NCBI GenBank assembly: GCA_002633005.1
Contig: NMRA01000529.1
Coordinates: forward strand, 186,001 to 250,000
DNA from: Phoronis australis
Taxonomy: Eukaryota > Animalia > Phoronida
Reading direction: 5' to 3'
DNA: 64,000 nucleotides
Under the pieces are notes generated by a model. It was not told where the DNA came from. It was given only the letters and a program-made list of their open reading frames with translations, and ran no database searches. Shown in pieces: positions 56,801 to 64,000 of the stretch. Positions within the stretch are counted from its first letter, which is position 1, and the number at the start of each line of letters is the position of its first letter. The translations under genes and the position numbers were made by a program.

Positions 56801-59800
56801 AAGTATTGTACACCTTTTCTTGACACCCAGCTGTCTGCATTGTATAAGTCTAGCAACAAAAAAATACGTGAAATAAGTTTTCGACTATAGATAACCTAAT
56901 GCGTAGTGTGCTGTCCGAACAATGTTCCTCCGGCGAAATGCCAAGCCAACATGAGCAATTATATGGATCATAACGTCAAAGCTATTGTTTGTACTAATAA
57001 GATTTGTACAGATTATGAAGTTGAGGTAATCTCCTTAGTGGCCTCTCATAAATGTATGTTTATTAACGCTATTTTAATATTCAGACACTGACTTTCACCG
57101 AGGTCAATGCAATGGTTTTCAGATCACAAATGTGATAATTACCAAGGCAGGGTCCGAAAACATGAACACTCCGACCGAATGTGAAAGTTCATAACAGTTT
57201 AATATTATATGTAGGATAGCGTCCGCTAAATAATTCATCCGGGATAGAGGCTGTGTTTGCTCTTTCGCCCGGGTCGTAACAGCATGGTCGATCGATCATT
57301 CGATAACCTTTTTAAGCTGTCTCTTACGCATAACTTGTGGAGACATAATAAAAGACGATCAGGAAATTGTAGGACTAAGAATTAGTCAGTAAAATTAATA
57401 GAGATTAAGAATTTTCACTTTGCGATAGAAAGGAGTTTTGCAAGCCGTTCTGCCATTCAAAGTCCCCAATGCACACCACACATTGCGGAAGTACAAGGTA
57501 GTTAAATAGTCTTATCAAGGCAAGTGCAAACCTTGTTTGAGCCCCCGTCACACCAGAGGCGCGGTTTTTGGTCAAAACCGCCATCACCGTAGTGACACCA
57601 CCAGTATTGATTCATACTTTCCCCTACCCGTCACACAAGTTTTTCTCTGCAGGGCTACTAATTAACCAAGGCGGAGCCACGACGGTGTCACTGCAGACAG
57701 GGCGATCCTATTGAGTTAACAATGTAGATTGATGGCAGTGCCCCGCCGATCGTTGGCGGAAGGAGTGCGGTGTTGGCGGCAGCACTGCGGGGCCAGTGAG
57801 GTAATACTGAGGGAATGGGGGCACTATTGCGGTGCCTTTGCGGCAACAGGACGGCTCCATGACGTCTGCGCGGTGGCTATAAATGGGAGGTGGTTTTCGG
57901 TGGAATTCATTAACGTATTTGCTCCCAATGAGGACGTTGCTACTGTTATTACTGTTATTATCACTTAGTGATACCGCCTAAACGTGCTACAACAGGACAG
58001 ACTGTCGGAGTGGGGAAAGCCAGCAAGAAGACACGTACTCTAACACCAGCAGATGGTGAGCAAGGATGGTTGGGCTGCTGGTGCTGAAGATGCTGCTGAG
58101 TCTGACTACCAGTCCGAAGCCAGCCAACCAAAGAAGAAATAGGTCCGTGCTGATGAGGAGGAGGAAGAGGACATGGCGGAGTACTTAGGTAACCACCCAG
58201 AGCTTTATAACAAGAAGCTCGATGCTTATAAAGATAAAGTGAAGAATGGAGTGATGTGGGTTTAGCCAGGTTTGATAAGCCAGTAGCATTCCTGCTGGTA
58301 TGGTATTGGGCATCAGACATGTGTCCATATCCACCATTATCTATCCAGAAGAATTCGTAATCGGCGTCAACAAGTTCCATCAACACCATTTCTTGTTCAT
58401 GTTCTGCCTGCTGTTGCTGCACATACAGCAACTGCTAAGGCCATCAAATGTGTATTATAACATGTATCTATCATTCTGTTGAGCTTTCGATACTGACTGT
58501 CGATCTGAGCTGTTTGAATATTATTAGAACGCTAAAATTTCAGATAAAAACCGCCGTACCACCGAGAAAGTCCACGCTTTTGACAGATTCCGAGGGGCTA
58601 CGGTGATCAATGGCGGAACCACTGCGGTTTATGCGGTACAAGCACCACAGTGCCACCCGCACCTCCGGTGTGACGGAGTATTACCTGCTTGTACCTATGT
58701 ATCGTAAATTCTGTTAGCTGTAAACCCTACGAAGTATGAATTTTCTGAAAGATGAATAAATTTACTAACAACATGTTCTGTTTCTATGTATGTGTATTTA
58801 CTTTAAAGTCCTTGTTGCAAACTGCCCATGTGGTTCTAGTATCCGAAAATACTTACTACATAAAATCTTATGTTCGACACCCTTTCTTTACATTCTTTTC
58901 GCCTTTCTTGCCAAAAGCGATTTTTCAACCGTATTTGACCCTTTTCTCTGAGCGTATGATTACCGGTTGTCATCGGTTATTTCCGTACCCACATTTCCGG
59001 CTCATCAGTTCAGGAACTTGTCCTGAANNNNNNNNNNNNNNNNNNNNNNNNNNNNNNNNNNNNNNNNNNNNNNNNNNNNNNNNNNNNNNNNNNNNNNNNN
59101 NNNNNNNNNNNNNNNNNNNNNNNNNNNNNNNNNNNNNNNNNNNNNNNNNNNNNNNNNNNNNNNNNNNNNNNNNNNNNNNNNNNNNNNNNNNNNNNNNNNN
59201 NNNNNNNNNNNNNNNNNNNNNNNNNNNNNNNNNNNNNNNNNNNNNNNNNNNNNNNNNNNNNNNNNNNNNNNNNNNNNNNNNNNNNNNNNNNNNNNNNNNN
59301 NNNNNNNNNNNNNNNNNNNNNNNNNNNNNNNNNNNNNNNNNNNNNNNNNNNNNNNNNNNNNNNNNNNNNNNNNNNNNNNNNNNNNNNNNNNNNNNNNNNN
59401 NNNNNNNNNNNNNNNNNNNNNNNNNNNNNNNNNNNNNNNNNNNNNNNNNNNNNNNNNNNNNNNNNNNNNNNNNNNNNNNNNNNNNNNNNNNNNNNNNNNN
59501 NNNNNNNNNNNNNNNNNNNNNNNNNNNNNNNNNNNNNNNNNNNNNNNNNNNNNNNNNNNNNNNNNNNNNNNNNNNNNNNNNNNNNNNNNNNNNNNNNNNN
59601 NNNNNNNNNNNNNNNNNNNNNNNNNNNNNNNNNNNNNNNNNNNNNNNNNNNNNNNNNNNNNNNNNNNNNNNNNNNNNNNNNNNNNNNNNNNNNNNNNNNN
59701 NNNNNNNNNNNNNNNNNNNNNNNNNNNNNNNNNNNNNNNNNNNNNNNNNNNNNNNNNNNNNNNNNNNNNNNNNNNNNNNNNNNNNNNNNNNNNNNNNNNN

Positions 59801-61141
59801 NNNNNNNNNNNNNNNNNNNNNNNNNNNNNNNNNNNNNNNNNNNNNNNNNNNNNNNNNNNNNNNNNNNNNNNNNNNNNNNNNNNNNNNNNNNCTGAATGAA
59901 TTGTACTTCCGGGTTCGCGGCAAGTTCAAAATGGCGGTGTTTCTTCGGGTGCGAATCGTGAGTGGCGCGATCATTTAAACTGTTTTCGAGTACGGATCGT
60001 GTATTAGTTATGGGGTAGGTACTTCTTGGATCCTTATAACATCTTCTAACCATGTAATAAGGGTTAACAACGCGTGAGACAAGGACTTTAATAGGAGATA
60101 CTTTAGTAAAAATGTATGTTTTGATTTTGAAATGAAATCTTAATTGTTTTGTTCTTCCAATTATGTTGATCCTTTTTCAACAGGTTGATAACGGCATTTT
60201 TGAGGGAATAGCGTCCAGATTTTTATATTAGGTCCTAGGTTTTCGGAACGACTTCTTCAATAATCAGGAGTACGATCGTTATTGCTCAAAATGCTCTAAG
60301 ACGTCGATAATTAAAAAATAAGACCTATTTCAGAAATCTGAGACATGGTTCCCTCGGACCGAGAAATGCAGTTATCAATACGTTGACAAAAAAACCAATA
60401 TGATTGGAGAAACAACATTTTAAGTCTCTGTTCAAAGTAAACTTAAAGTTGTTTCATTAAAAATGAATATTTTGGGAAAATGACAACTGATCAAGAGTAA
60501 TTGATTGTGTTAAGAAATTGACGAACCCATCAGAAAATGTGCATTTTGCAGTGGTTAGACCCAGGCCTGTAGCNGGGGGGGGGGGGGGTCACACACAAAC
60601 ACCTTGACTTGCCACTAGACCATAAGCTTACATTTACTCAAAACTGTCGCAAAAGTATACAAATTAATCAATCCAATTATAATATTGTGTCTCGTCATCT
60701 CAACGCCATGTATCTTGAAACTCTGTTAAAGGCTGTTGTACTACCACATCTAGATTACTGTGACATACTCTATCAACTGGCAAACGCTGGCATACTTCTT
60801 CAATTAGAAAGACTACAATACCAAGCAGCGTTAGCAATAGCAGGAGCATACAAAGGGTCCAACACAATCAAGGCTCTGAATAGTCTCAACTGGAGCAAAC
60901 TAGCAACCCTTCGTAAACTCCACCTGTCCATGTATACATTCAAAGTACTAAACAAGATAAACAATTATTCAAACAAAATCCTCTTTGACTCCTACATCTC
61001 TTCCAGTACACGAACAATACCAAAATGTTTACAAAAAATATTCTGACATTCCTCAAATGTATAACAAAATATTTTTTCTATATGGATGTGAACAAATCAA
61101 CCCAAATGAAAATAATTGTTTCTAGTCATTGTAATCTTAAT

Positions 61142-61200
<59 letters not shown>

Positions 61201-62516
61201 CTTTGTATGTATTTAACACACATTCAGTACGTTTTTCTGTGCATGTATATTTAATTGTTCTGAAGATTTCATGGTCAATCTCAATTCTTGAATTTATCTA
61301 AAAGACTCATTTTCAAGCACAGGTCGATATCTGGGGCATATATCAGGCCTGCAGGAACCAACGGAGGTTTTAAATTTAAGAGTTCTGATCGGGACCCCCC
61401 CACTTCGTGAAGATTGGCAGGGACAAGTTTGCCTCATAACTACATGTGCATTCCGTTTTCACTCGGCGCGTGGTTCCGCTGAGTGAAGCTGAAGTACAGT
61501 GGCCATGAACGTTTCAGTAAGGCTGTGAAAGTATGCGATCTTGACATGGATTTGATGCTTCGTGGTTGACAATTCATCAATATTACTACTTCGTGTTCTT
61601 TAAAATATGCAAGTATGTACTCAATTTTTCGTATTTGTAAGAGTTGCGATTAATTTCTCATGCGCATAAAATCCAAAGAAAGTGTTTTAGTACCCGGTCA
61701 TTGTTTTCGGCAATAGATGCACCACTCATGGCATTCAATAACAGAAATATCATTTATTTTTGCATGTAAAAGTATGAAAATTTCACCTGAGTCTGAAATT
61801 TTCGGAATAGCTTTAACCTTCGAAGAAGTGGACCTTCGGAAATGTAATTTATTTTTCAGAGTAGTGAACCTTCGGAATAGTGGGCTGTTACAGTTCCCAT
61901 TTGCAGCGTTGTAAGCAATTTAAGTAACACGCAGACAACCAATTAAAAATTCTCCGACTAAATATATTTCTGTCTGAGTATGTAATGAGGTGTAATCACT
62001 CATTGAATCACGCCTGATTTGAAAGTTTGTCAGGAGGAAACGTGAGGACTTTCTTTTCTGGACCACATCGCACCCAAAATTAAGTCCCGTTCTCTGCAAT
62101 CGAGTAATCGTCACAGCATCCTCATTTCTGATATTACAAATGCATGTGTCTCCTTTCAGGAACACATCTAGAGCTGAGAGTCATCGTTTTGTGTAAATAT
62201 TTCCCTTCCCCCCTAGTTGAGCTGCGTCAAGGCCTTTACCGAAAAATCTACAGTGTCGACGTTTGCAAAATGTCGAAGGTCCACTGTTCTAGAAACTATA
62301 CCCCGCGCAATGCTGGCTATGGACCTACATGTAACATAGTTTAGGATATTTGCAATTAAATACAACTGGGTAAACAAGGCTCACAGTTTCCTTAAGGGGG
62401 TCTATACGGTTGCGCTATCATCAACGATAAGACGTTACTGTACTGGTGTTAGTTCACTACTTACCTGCGTGAAATGCTAACAGCACGTTGATCAAAATGA
62501 TATCGAAACTTCCCAT
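787..62516 (-). CDS. Multi-exon gene (47 coding exons, ~2253 aa): VWDE-like type-I membrane protein, SP-CTLD(with Mib/HERC2 insert)-cbEGF-D8C-VWD-EGF-Cys repeats-20xEGF-TM-tail
   Basis: Exons read manually between AG acceptors and GT donors (one GC). All junction phases are compatible. Summed CDS is 6762 nt counting one copy of the duplicated VWD exon, with no internal stop. Linkage of the 5' exons is inferred from phase and domain continuity. Confidence 0.8.
1553..1688 (-). CDS. Transmembrane exon
   Basis: [45 protein letters not shown]; phase 1-2. Confidence 0.9.
1996..2118 (-). CDS. cbEGF exon 20
   Basis: [41 protein letters not shown]. Confidence 0.9.
2335..4365 (+). mobile_element. 5'-truncated degenerate non-LTR retrotransposon (CR1/L2-clade-like RT)
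   Basis: Broken-frame motifs [53 protein letters not shown] and a C-terminal [11 protein letters not shown]; AATAAATA-type tail near 4340. Confidence 0.9.
4500..4820. repeat. Dispersed non-coding repeat (second copy ~13975-14340), GGGTCG/GGGGTTGT-rich end
   Basis: Shared CTCACAATTCGCTA...TTCTTACxCCATTTTCTG core and G-rich terminal repeats; family not identified. Confidence 0.6.
4909..5031 (-). CDS. cbEGF exon 19
   Basis: [41 protein letters not shown]. Confidence 0.9.
5445..5564 (-). CDS. cbEGF exon 18 (divergent, weak donor)
   Basis: [40 protein letters not shown]; donor A|GTTTGG is poor. Confidence 0.55.
6100..6222 (-). CDS. cbEGF exon 17
   Basis: [41 protein letters not shown]. Confidence 0.9.
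6788..6910 (-). CDS. Atypical 4-Cys EGF exon 16
   Basis: [40 protein letters not shown]; close paralogue of 12006-12128. Confidence 0.65.
7125..7400 (+). mobile_element. Short LINE 3'-end fragment
   Basis: [13 protein letters not shown] resembles the ORF2 C-terminal HxxxxC motif; followed by a short UTR and a (TA)n tail. Confidence 0.45.
7628..7750 (-). CDS. cbEGF exon 15
   Basis: [41 protein letters not shown]. Confidence 0.9.
8134..8256 (-). CDS. cbEGF exon 14
   Basis: [41 protein letters not shown]. Confidence 0.9.
8531..8653 (-). CDS. cbEGF exon 13
   Basis: [41 protein letters not shown]. Confidence 0.9.
9870..9992 (-). CDS. cbEGF exon 12
   Basis: [41 protein letters not shown]. Confidence 0.9.
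10821..10943 (-). CDS. Atypical 4-Cys EGF exon 11
   Basis: [40 protein letters not shown]. Confidence 0.7.
11377..11499 (-). CDS. cbEGF exon 10
   Basis: [41 protein letters not shown]. Confidence 0.85.
11608..11730 (-). CDS. cbEGF exon 9 (alternative in-frame start at 11760)
   Basis: [41 protein letters not shown]. Confidence 0.85.
12006..12128 (-). CDS. Atypical 4-Cys EGF exon 8
   Basis: [40 protein letters not shown]; open frame, AAG acceptor. Confidence 0.65.
12321..12443 (-). CDS. cbEGF exon 7
   Basis: [41 protein letters not shown]. Confidence 0.88.
12607..12729 (-). CDS. cbEGF exon 6
   Basis: [41 protein letters not shown]. Confidence 0.9.
12900..13019 (-). CDS. cbEGF exon 5
   Basis: [40 protein letters not shown]; 120 nt. 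Confidence 0.88.
13174..13296 (-). CDS. cbEGF exon 4
   Basis: [41 protein letters not shown]. Confidence 0.9.
13390..13440 (-). pseudogene. Decayed EGF pseudo-exon fragment
   Basis: Minus strand reads [13 protein letters not shown]; no intact splice sites. Confidence 0.5.
13975..14340. repeat. Second copy of the 4500-4820 dispersed repeat
   Basis: Collinear similarity by eye. Confidence 0.6.
15517..15639 (-). CDS. cbEGF exon 3
   Basis: [41 protein letters not shown]. Confidence 0.9.
15973..16095 (-). CDS. cbEGF exon 2
   Basis: [41 protein letters not shown]. Confidence 0.9.
16374..16496 (-). CDS. cbEGF exon 1 of array
   Basis: [41 protein letters not shown]; 123 nt, phase 1-1. Confidence 0.9.
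17394..17739 (-). CDS. Exon: three CxI(D/E)GxCY...CxIC...W repeats
   Basis: Overlaps ORF 17332-17808; phase 0-1. Confidence 0.88.
18557..18814 (-). CDS. Exon: beta domain
   Basis: INSTGMMAV...VTCPIP...VSNDG...FNSVCYTC...CVEN. Confidence 0.88.
19346..19527 (-). CDS. Exon: end of EGF and following beta domain
   Basis: [17 protein letters not shown]...CDMKTRPC...GDNF....LTCHF. Confidence 0.9.
20549..20735 (-). CDS. Exon: helical region and start of EGF
   Basis: [19 protein letters not shown]...[14 protein letters not shown]. Confidence 0.9.
21599..21748 (-). CDS. Exon: RRFKR site and helical Cys segment
   Basis: [23 protein letters not shown]...IESCTLDLV. Confidence 0.85.
22673..23006 (-). 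CDS. Exon: post-VWD Cys-rich region, RRRR site and acidic/His-rich stretch
   Basis: Overlaps ORF 22637-23005; phase 2-0; GTG|GTGAGT donor. Confidence 0.85.
23628..23866 (-). CDS. Exon: VWD C-terminal part
   Basis: [11 protein letters not shown]...[16 protein letters not shown]...EEFTESW (GLCG..D....ND motif). Confidence 0.9.
24125..24355 (-). CDS. Exon: VWD (copy B, same translation; probably allelic/assembly duplicate)
   Basis: Same translation as 25368-25598. Confidence 0.7.
25368..25598 (-). CDS. Exon: VWD (copy A of the duplicated exon)
   Basis: [35 protein letters not shown]...NGGRRYV; phase 0-0. Confidence 0.75.
26727..26790 (-). CDS. Exon: VWD
   Basis: [21 protein letters not shown]; phase 2-0. 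Confidence 0.85.
27017..27096 (-). CDS. Exon: VWD start
   Basis: [26 protein letters not shown] (C....DPH..FDG motif); phase 0-2. Confidence 0.9.
27773..27865 (-). CDS. Exon: linker part 4
   Basis: [31 protein letters not shown]; AAG|GTAAGT. Confidence 0.8.
28503..28775 (-). CDS. Exon: linker part 3
   Basis: [14 protein letters not shown]...[21 protein letters not shown]; overlaps ORF 28491-28772. Confidence 0.85.
29574..29647. repeat. 39-bp tandem duplication
   Basis: GTACATxGTAAGGGCAGGCCAAGAGAACTAGCGCT x2. Confidence 0.9.
29704..29790 (-). CDS. Exon: linker part 2
   Basis: [29 protein letters not shown]; GAG|GTAAGT. Confidence 0.8.
30841..31073 (-). CDS. Exon: beta-rich (Ig-like?) VWDE linker part 1
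   Basis: [27 protein letters not shown]...LPGHFGKK; phase 1-0. Confidence 0.8.
31567..31629 (-). CDS. Exon: short Cys linker
   Basis: [21 protein letters not shown]; phase 1-1. Confidence 0.8.
32187..32354 (-). CDS. Exon: D8C domain part 3
   Basis: [56 protein letters not shown]. Confidence 0.9.
33047..33166 (-). CDS. Exon: D8C domain part 2
   Basis: GWYIF...[20 protein letters not shown] (GWY.F / MP..CV....C.T..P.W signature). Confidence 0.9.
33948..34106 (-). CDS. Exon: UMOD/GP2/OIT3-type Cys-rich (D8C) domain part 1
   Basis: [17 protein letters not shown]...RSANV...LLCDSALKE; AAG|GTGAGT. Confidence 0.85.
35534..35650 (-). CDS. Exon: N-terminal cbEGF
   Basis: [39 protein letters not shown]; phase 1-1. 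Confidence 0.9.
35781..35845. repeat. (TG)n/(CG)n microsatellite
   Basis: Direct reading. Confidence 0.95.
36226..36470 (+). mobile_element. Degenerate THAP domain, DNA transposon relic
   Basis: YTCCVPG..YN...[16 protein letters not shown]...[11 protein letters not shown] (C2CH THAP pattern) with stops and frameshifts. Confidence 0.7.
38843..39570. mobile_element. Foldback/MITE-like element with long imperfect inverted arms and a 26-bp tandem array
   Basis: 38843-39052 is the reverse complement of ~39429-39570; TTTCGTTATTGGCAGTCTTTATTCCG x4 in the left arm. Confidence 0.8.
40221..40310. repeat. 49-bp tandem duplication
   Basis: TGATGTATACTGTATxAATCACAGACACAGxAAAATCAACC x2. Confidence 0.85.
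40363..40443 (-). CDS. Exon: CTLD C-terminal part
   Basis: [27 protein letters not shown] (C...WN...C......FVC); AAG|GTAAGC donor; phase 1-1. Confidence 0.8.
42874..43024 (-). CDS. Exon: Mib/HERC2 domain C-half
   Basis: [50 protein letters not shown] matches D..GTV...WD.G....YR.G..G.YDL; phase 0-1. Confidence 0.85.
43677..44237 (-). mobile_element. Inverted partial copy of the Kolobok-like family (left terminal region)
   Basis: Reverse-complement similarity to 53177-53810, including a degenerate TIR GGATGGCACGCTCCT. Confidence 0.75.
44250..45760 (-). mobile_element. Tx1/L1-like LINE ORF2 C-terminal fragments
   Basis: [14 protein letters not shown]...[26 protein letters not shown] and [18 protein letters not shown] motifs in broken frames; interrupted. 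Confidence 0.7.
45813..47734. mobile_element. ISL2EU/Harbinger-like non-autonomous DNA transposon with minus-strand THAP relic
   Basis: Inverted termini TGACCTATCG / CGATAGGTCA flanked by AT; degenerate [33 protein letters not shown] at ~47380-47570 (-). Confidence 0.55.
48377..48480 (-). CDS. Exon: Mib/HERC2 domain N-half
   Basis: [35 protein letters not shown] matches G-x-RVVRG-x-DW-x-W-x-x-Q; CAG|GTAAGA donor; phase 1-0. Confidence 0.85.
48597..48725. other. Assembly gap
   Basis: N run next to a (CCCT)n tract. Confidence 1.
48930..49920. mobile_element. Penelope-like retroelement relic (GIY-YIG on -, RT on +)
   Basis: Minus strand: [18 protein letters not shown]...[10 protein letters not shown] and [10 protein letters not shown]; plus strand: [17 protein letters not shown]. 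Confidence 0.75.
49929..51450 (+). mobile_element. Kolobok-like element, partial copy
   Basis: TTAA|AGGAGCATGCCACCC left terminus; collinear with 53177-55100 with an internal deletion; right end not seen. Confidence 0.8.
52930..53032 (-). CDS. Exon: CTLD WIGL-motif segment, GC donor
   Basis: [34 protein letters not shown]; TTTTAG acceptor, AAG|GCAAGT donor; phase 0-1. Confidence 0.75.
53177..55304 (+). mobile_element. Kolobok-like non-autonomous DNA transposon with both termini
   Basis: 15-bp TIRs AGGAGAATGCCACCC / GGGTGGCATTGTCCT (1 mismatch); TTAA on both sides; relic Cys-cluster ORF (+) and THAP-like relic (-). Confidence 0.85.
56689..56849 (-). CDS. Exon: CTLD N-terminal part
   Basis: [54 protein letters not shown] (W..A..YC....LV....EE pattern); phase 1-0. 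Confidence 0.8.
57540..58680 (+). mobile_element. PIF/Harbinger-like non-autonomous element with MADF/SANT relic
   Basis: Imperfect TIRs CCGTCACACCAGAGGCGCGG / CCGCACCTCCGGTGTGACGG; internal [27 protein letters not shown] at ~58155-58240. Confidence 0.7.
59028..59891. other. Assembly gap (could hide an exon)
   Basis: N run. Confidence 1.
60590..61050 (+). mobile_element. CR1-like LINE ORF2 C-terminal fragment
   Basis: [12 protein letters not shown]...[15 protein letters not shown]...[10 protein letters not shown] (ORF 60609-61046). Confidence 0.8.
61145..61198. repeat. (TA)n microsatellite
   Basis: Direct reading. Confidence 0.95.
62465..62516 (-). CDS. First coding exon, signal peptide [17 protein letters not shown]
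   Basis: ATG at 62516 with an in-frame upstream TAA; hydrophobic core; donor CAG|GTAAGT, phase 1; TTCTTGTAG acceptor at 62580-62581 implies an upstream UTR exon. Confidence 0.65.
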
Positions 62517-63085
62517 TAGTTACGGGTAAAGACACCTTCAGAAAGGTTAATCGCCTCTGTTTGTGGTTGTAGATGTCCTCTACAAGAAAACCATGTTCTT
62601 TTCCTGGATCTCCAAGAAGGAACTGAGGTATTATGTTGTGCCGGCTGGCTTATAACTACTAAAGCCGGGTTTTTCAAAACATTCAGCTGCAGATAAAGGA
62701 TATATAACTATACAAAAGACACGGAAATACACTGTAGCTTGAACTATACATTCACGTGGTCTTTAAACTCAGGCAACGTGTTGGTCTTAGATGCTTACTT
62801 CCAAAAAATGATTCTCGTAATTAGGTCGTACTTGGCAATTGTTATGTAAAGGTTTTGCCAGCTGAAGTAGTTATTTGTGCTTTGCAGTTTTACGTTAACA
62901 TATATAAATCATCTCAGAAACTAAAGCAGATTTGTATGTATAGCCTCAGCGACTGCGCACTTCAAATAGTAGAGACTCAACTAAGCCCCCAAAATCTTGT
63001 ACACATTTGCTTCCTTAATTGCTGACGAATGTAATTATAGATTTCAATCATTTTATCGTTATCATAATATTTAATATTTAATAAA

Positions 63086-64000
63086 TATAAATATTTAGGA
63101 TGAATTTTAAATGAACATTTGAAGTTTACTGAAACTGCTAAAACTCTATCAGAATCTGCCGGAAGAGCTTTGGACGCTTTACTTAATAAATTTAAAAAGA
63201 ATAAAAATATGAGGTACAGAACAGTCACTACATTATTCAATGCTTGTGTTGTGCCTGTTAGAGATTATTGTGTAGGGGTCTGGGGCGTCTCTAGTCTACA
63301 GGATTATGATGTCATTCAGAATAGAGCCGCGCGATTTTTATTGGGCGTTCACAAATTCGCTCCTAATCATGCTGTTATGGGTGACATGGGGTGGGAAATC
63401 CCCAGTGTTAGGCGGAAAATTGAGCTTTTGAGAATGTGGAATCATATTATTAATTTCGAGGATGATAGATTAACATACCGAATATTTTGGTGGGACTACA
63501 CTACCTGTACTAATAATTGGTCGTCTGAAGTCTTGAGCGGATTGTTTTCATGACTTACATGTACATGTACTTGTACGTTCAGTTAATCTGTCTCGCTGCA
63601 AGAGTATTTTGCATGATTTAGCCTGTAATAGGTGGTTGTTTGAAAGCCGTTCGAAACCAAAGCTAAGAACCTATGTTTTGATAAAGAATGTCTTTGAAGT
63701 TGAGCCTTACGTGCATTTAGCCTTAACTCGGCCTAGTAGGTCAATTCTTGCTCAAATTAGAACCGGAACCCTACAGCTATTGTTTGAGGTTGGGCGTTTT
63801 CTTTCTCTAGAATTTGATGACAGAATTTGCTGTCTTTGTCACACTGGTCAGGTCGAAACTGAACTACATTTTCTGTTTGAGTGTCCGTTTTTCTTAGATG
63901 ACAGAAACACCTTTTAATTGTCAAGTTGAGATTAAATATCCACGATTCCGTGCAGAAAGCTGTGAAAATAAATTAATTACAATCATGCAAAAATATGTTA
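63086..64000 (+). mobile_element. LINE 3' part related to the 2335-4365 element
   Basis: YKYLG*ILNEHL, SAGRAL, QNRAARFLLGVHK, GDMGW, KPKLRTY, CCLC...ETELHFLFEC. Confidence 0.85.

Noticed and set aside
57961-58431. 156-aa Q/P-rich minus-strand ORF
   Set aside because: Antisense to the MADF relic inside a Harbinger-like element; no splice or domain support
58685-58717. Micro-exon candidate with CAG|GTAATA
   Set aside because: Contains a stop or breaks phase between the signal-peptide and CTLD exons
59900-60000. CpG-rich AAAATGGCGG (YY1-like) promoter-type stretch
   Set aside because: No supportable downstream ORF; next to a gap and probably transposon-derived
58752-60053. Long ORFs (334-408 aa) in the ORF track
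   Set aside because: Artefacts of translating through the N gap

Overview
Eukaryotic, AT-rich, repeat-rich genomic DNA that looks like a marine invertebrate, with N gaps at 48597-48725 and 59028-59891. The window is spanned by one large minus-strand gene. I reconstructed it by hand as 47 phase-compatible coding exons (ATG 62516 to TGA 787, about 2253 aa). It encodes a type-I membrane protein: signal peptide, C-type lectin domain (CTLD), cbEGF, uromodulin/OIT3-type Cys-rich (D8C) domain, beta-rich linker, VWD with furin-type sites, EGF, three short Cys repeats, 20 tandem EGF exons (mostly cbEGF), TM helix and a short tail; overall it is VWDE-like. The most striking observation is that a normally cytosolic Mib/HERC2 domain, encoded by two separate exons, sits inside the CTLD where the EPN/QPD sugar-binding loop would be. 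The introns hold decayed LINEs (CR1/L2-like, Tx1/L1-like), a Penelope-like remnant with an internal inversion, Kolobok-like, Harbinger/ISL2EU-like and THAP-bearing DNA transposon relics, a foldback MITE and microsatellites. A 1.2-kb exon duplication is probably an assembly artefact. All calls come from manual reading and have no transcript or database support.
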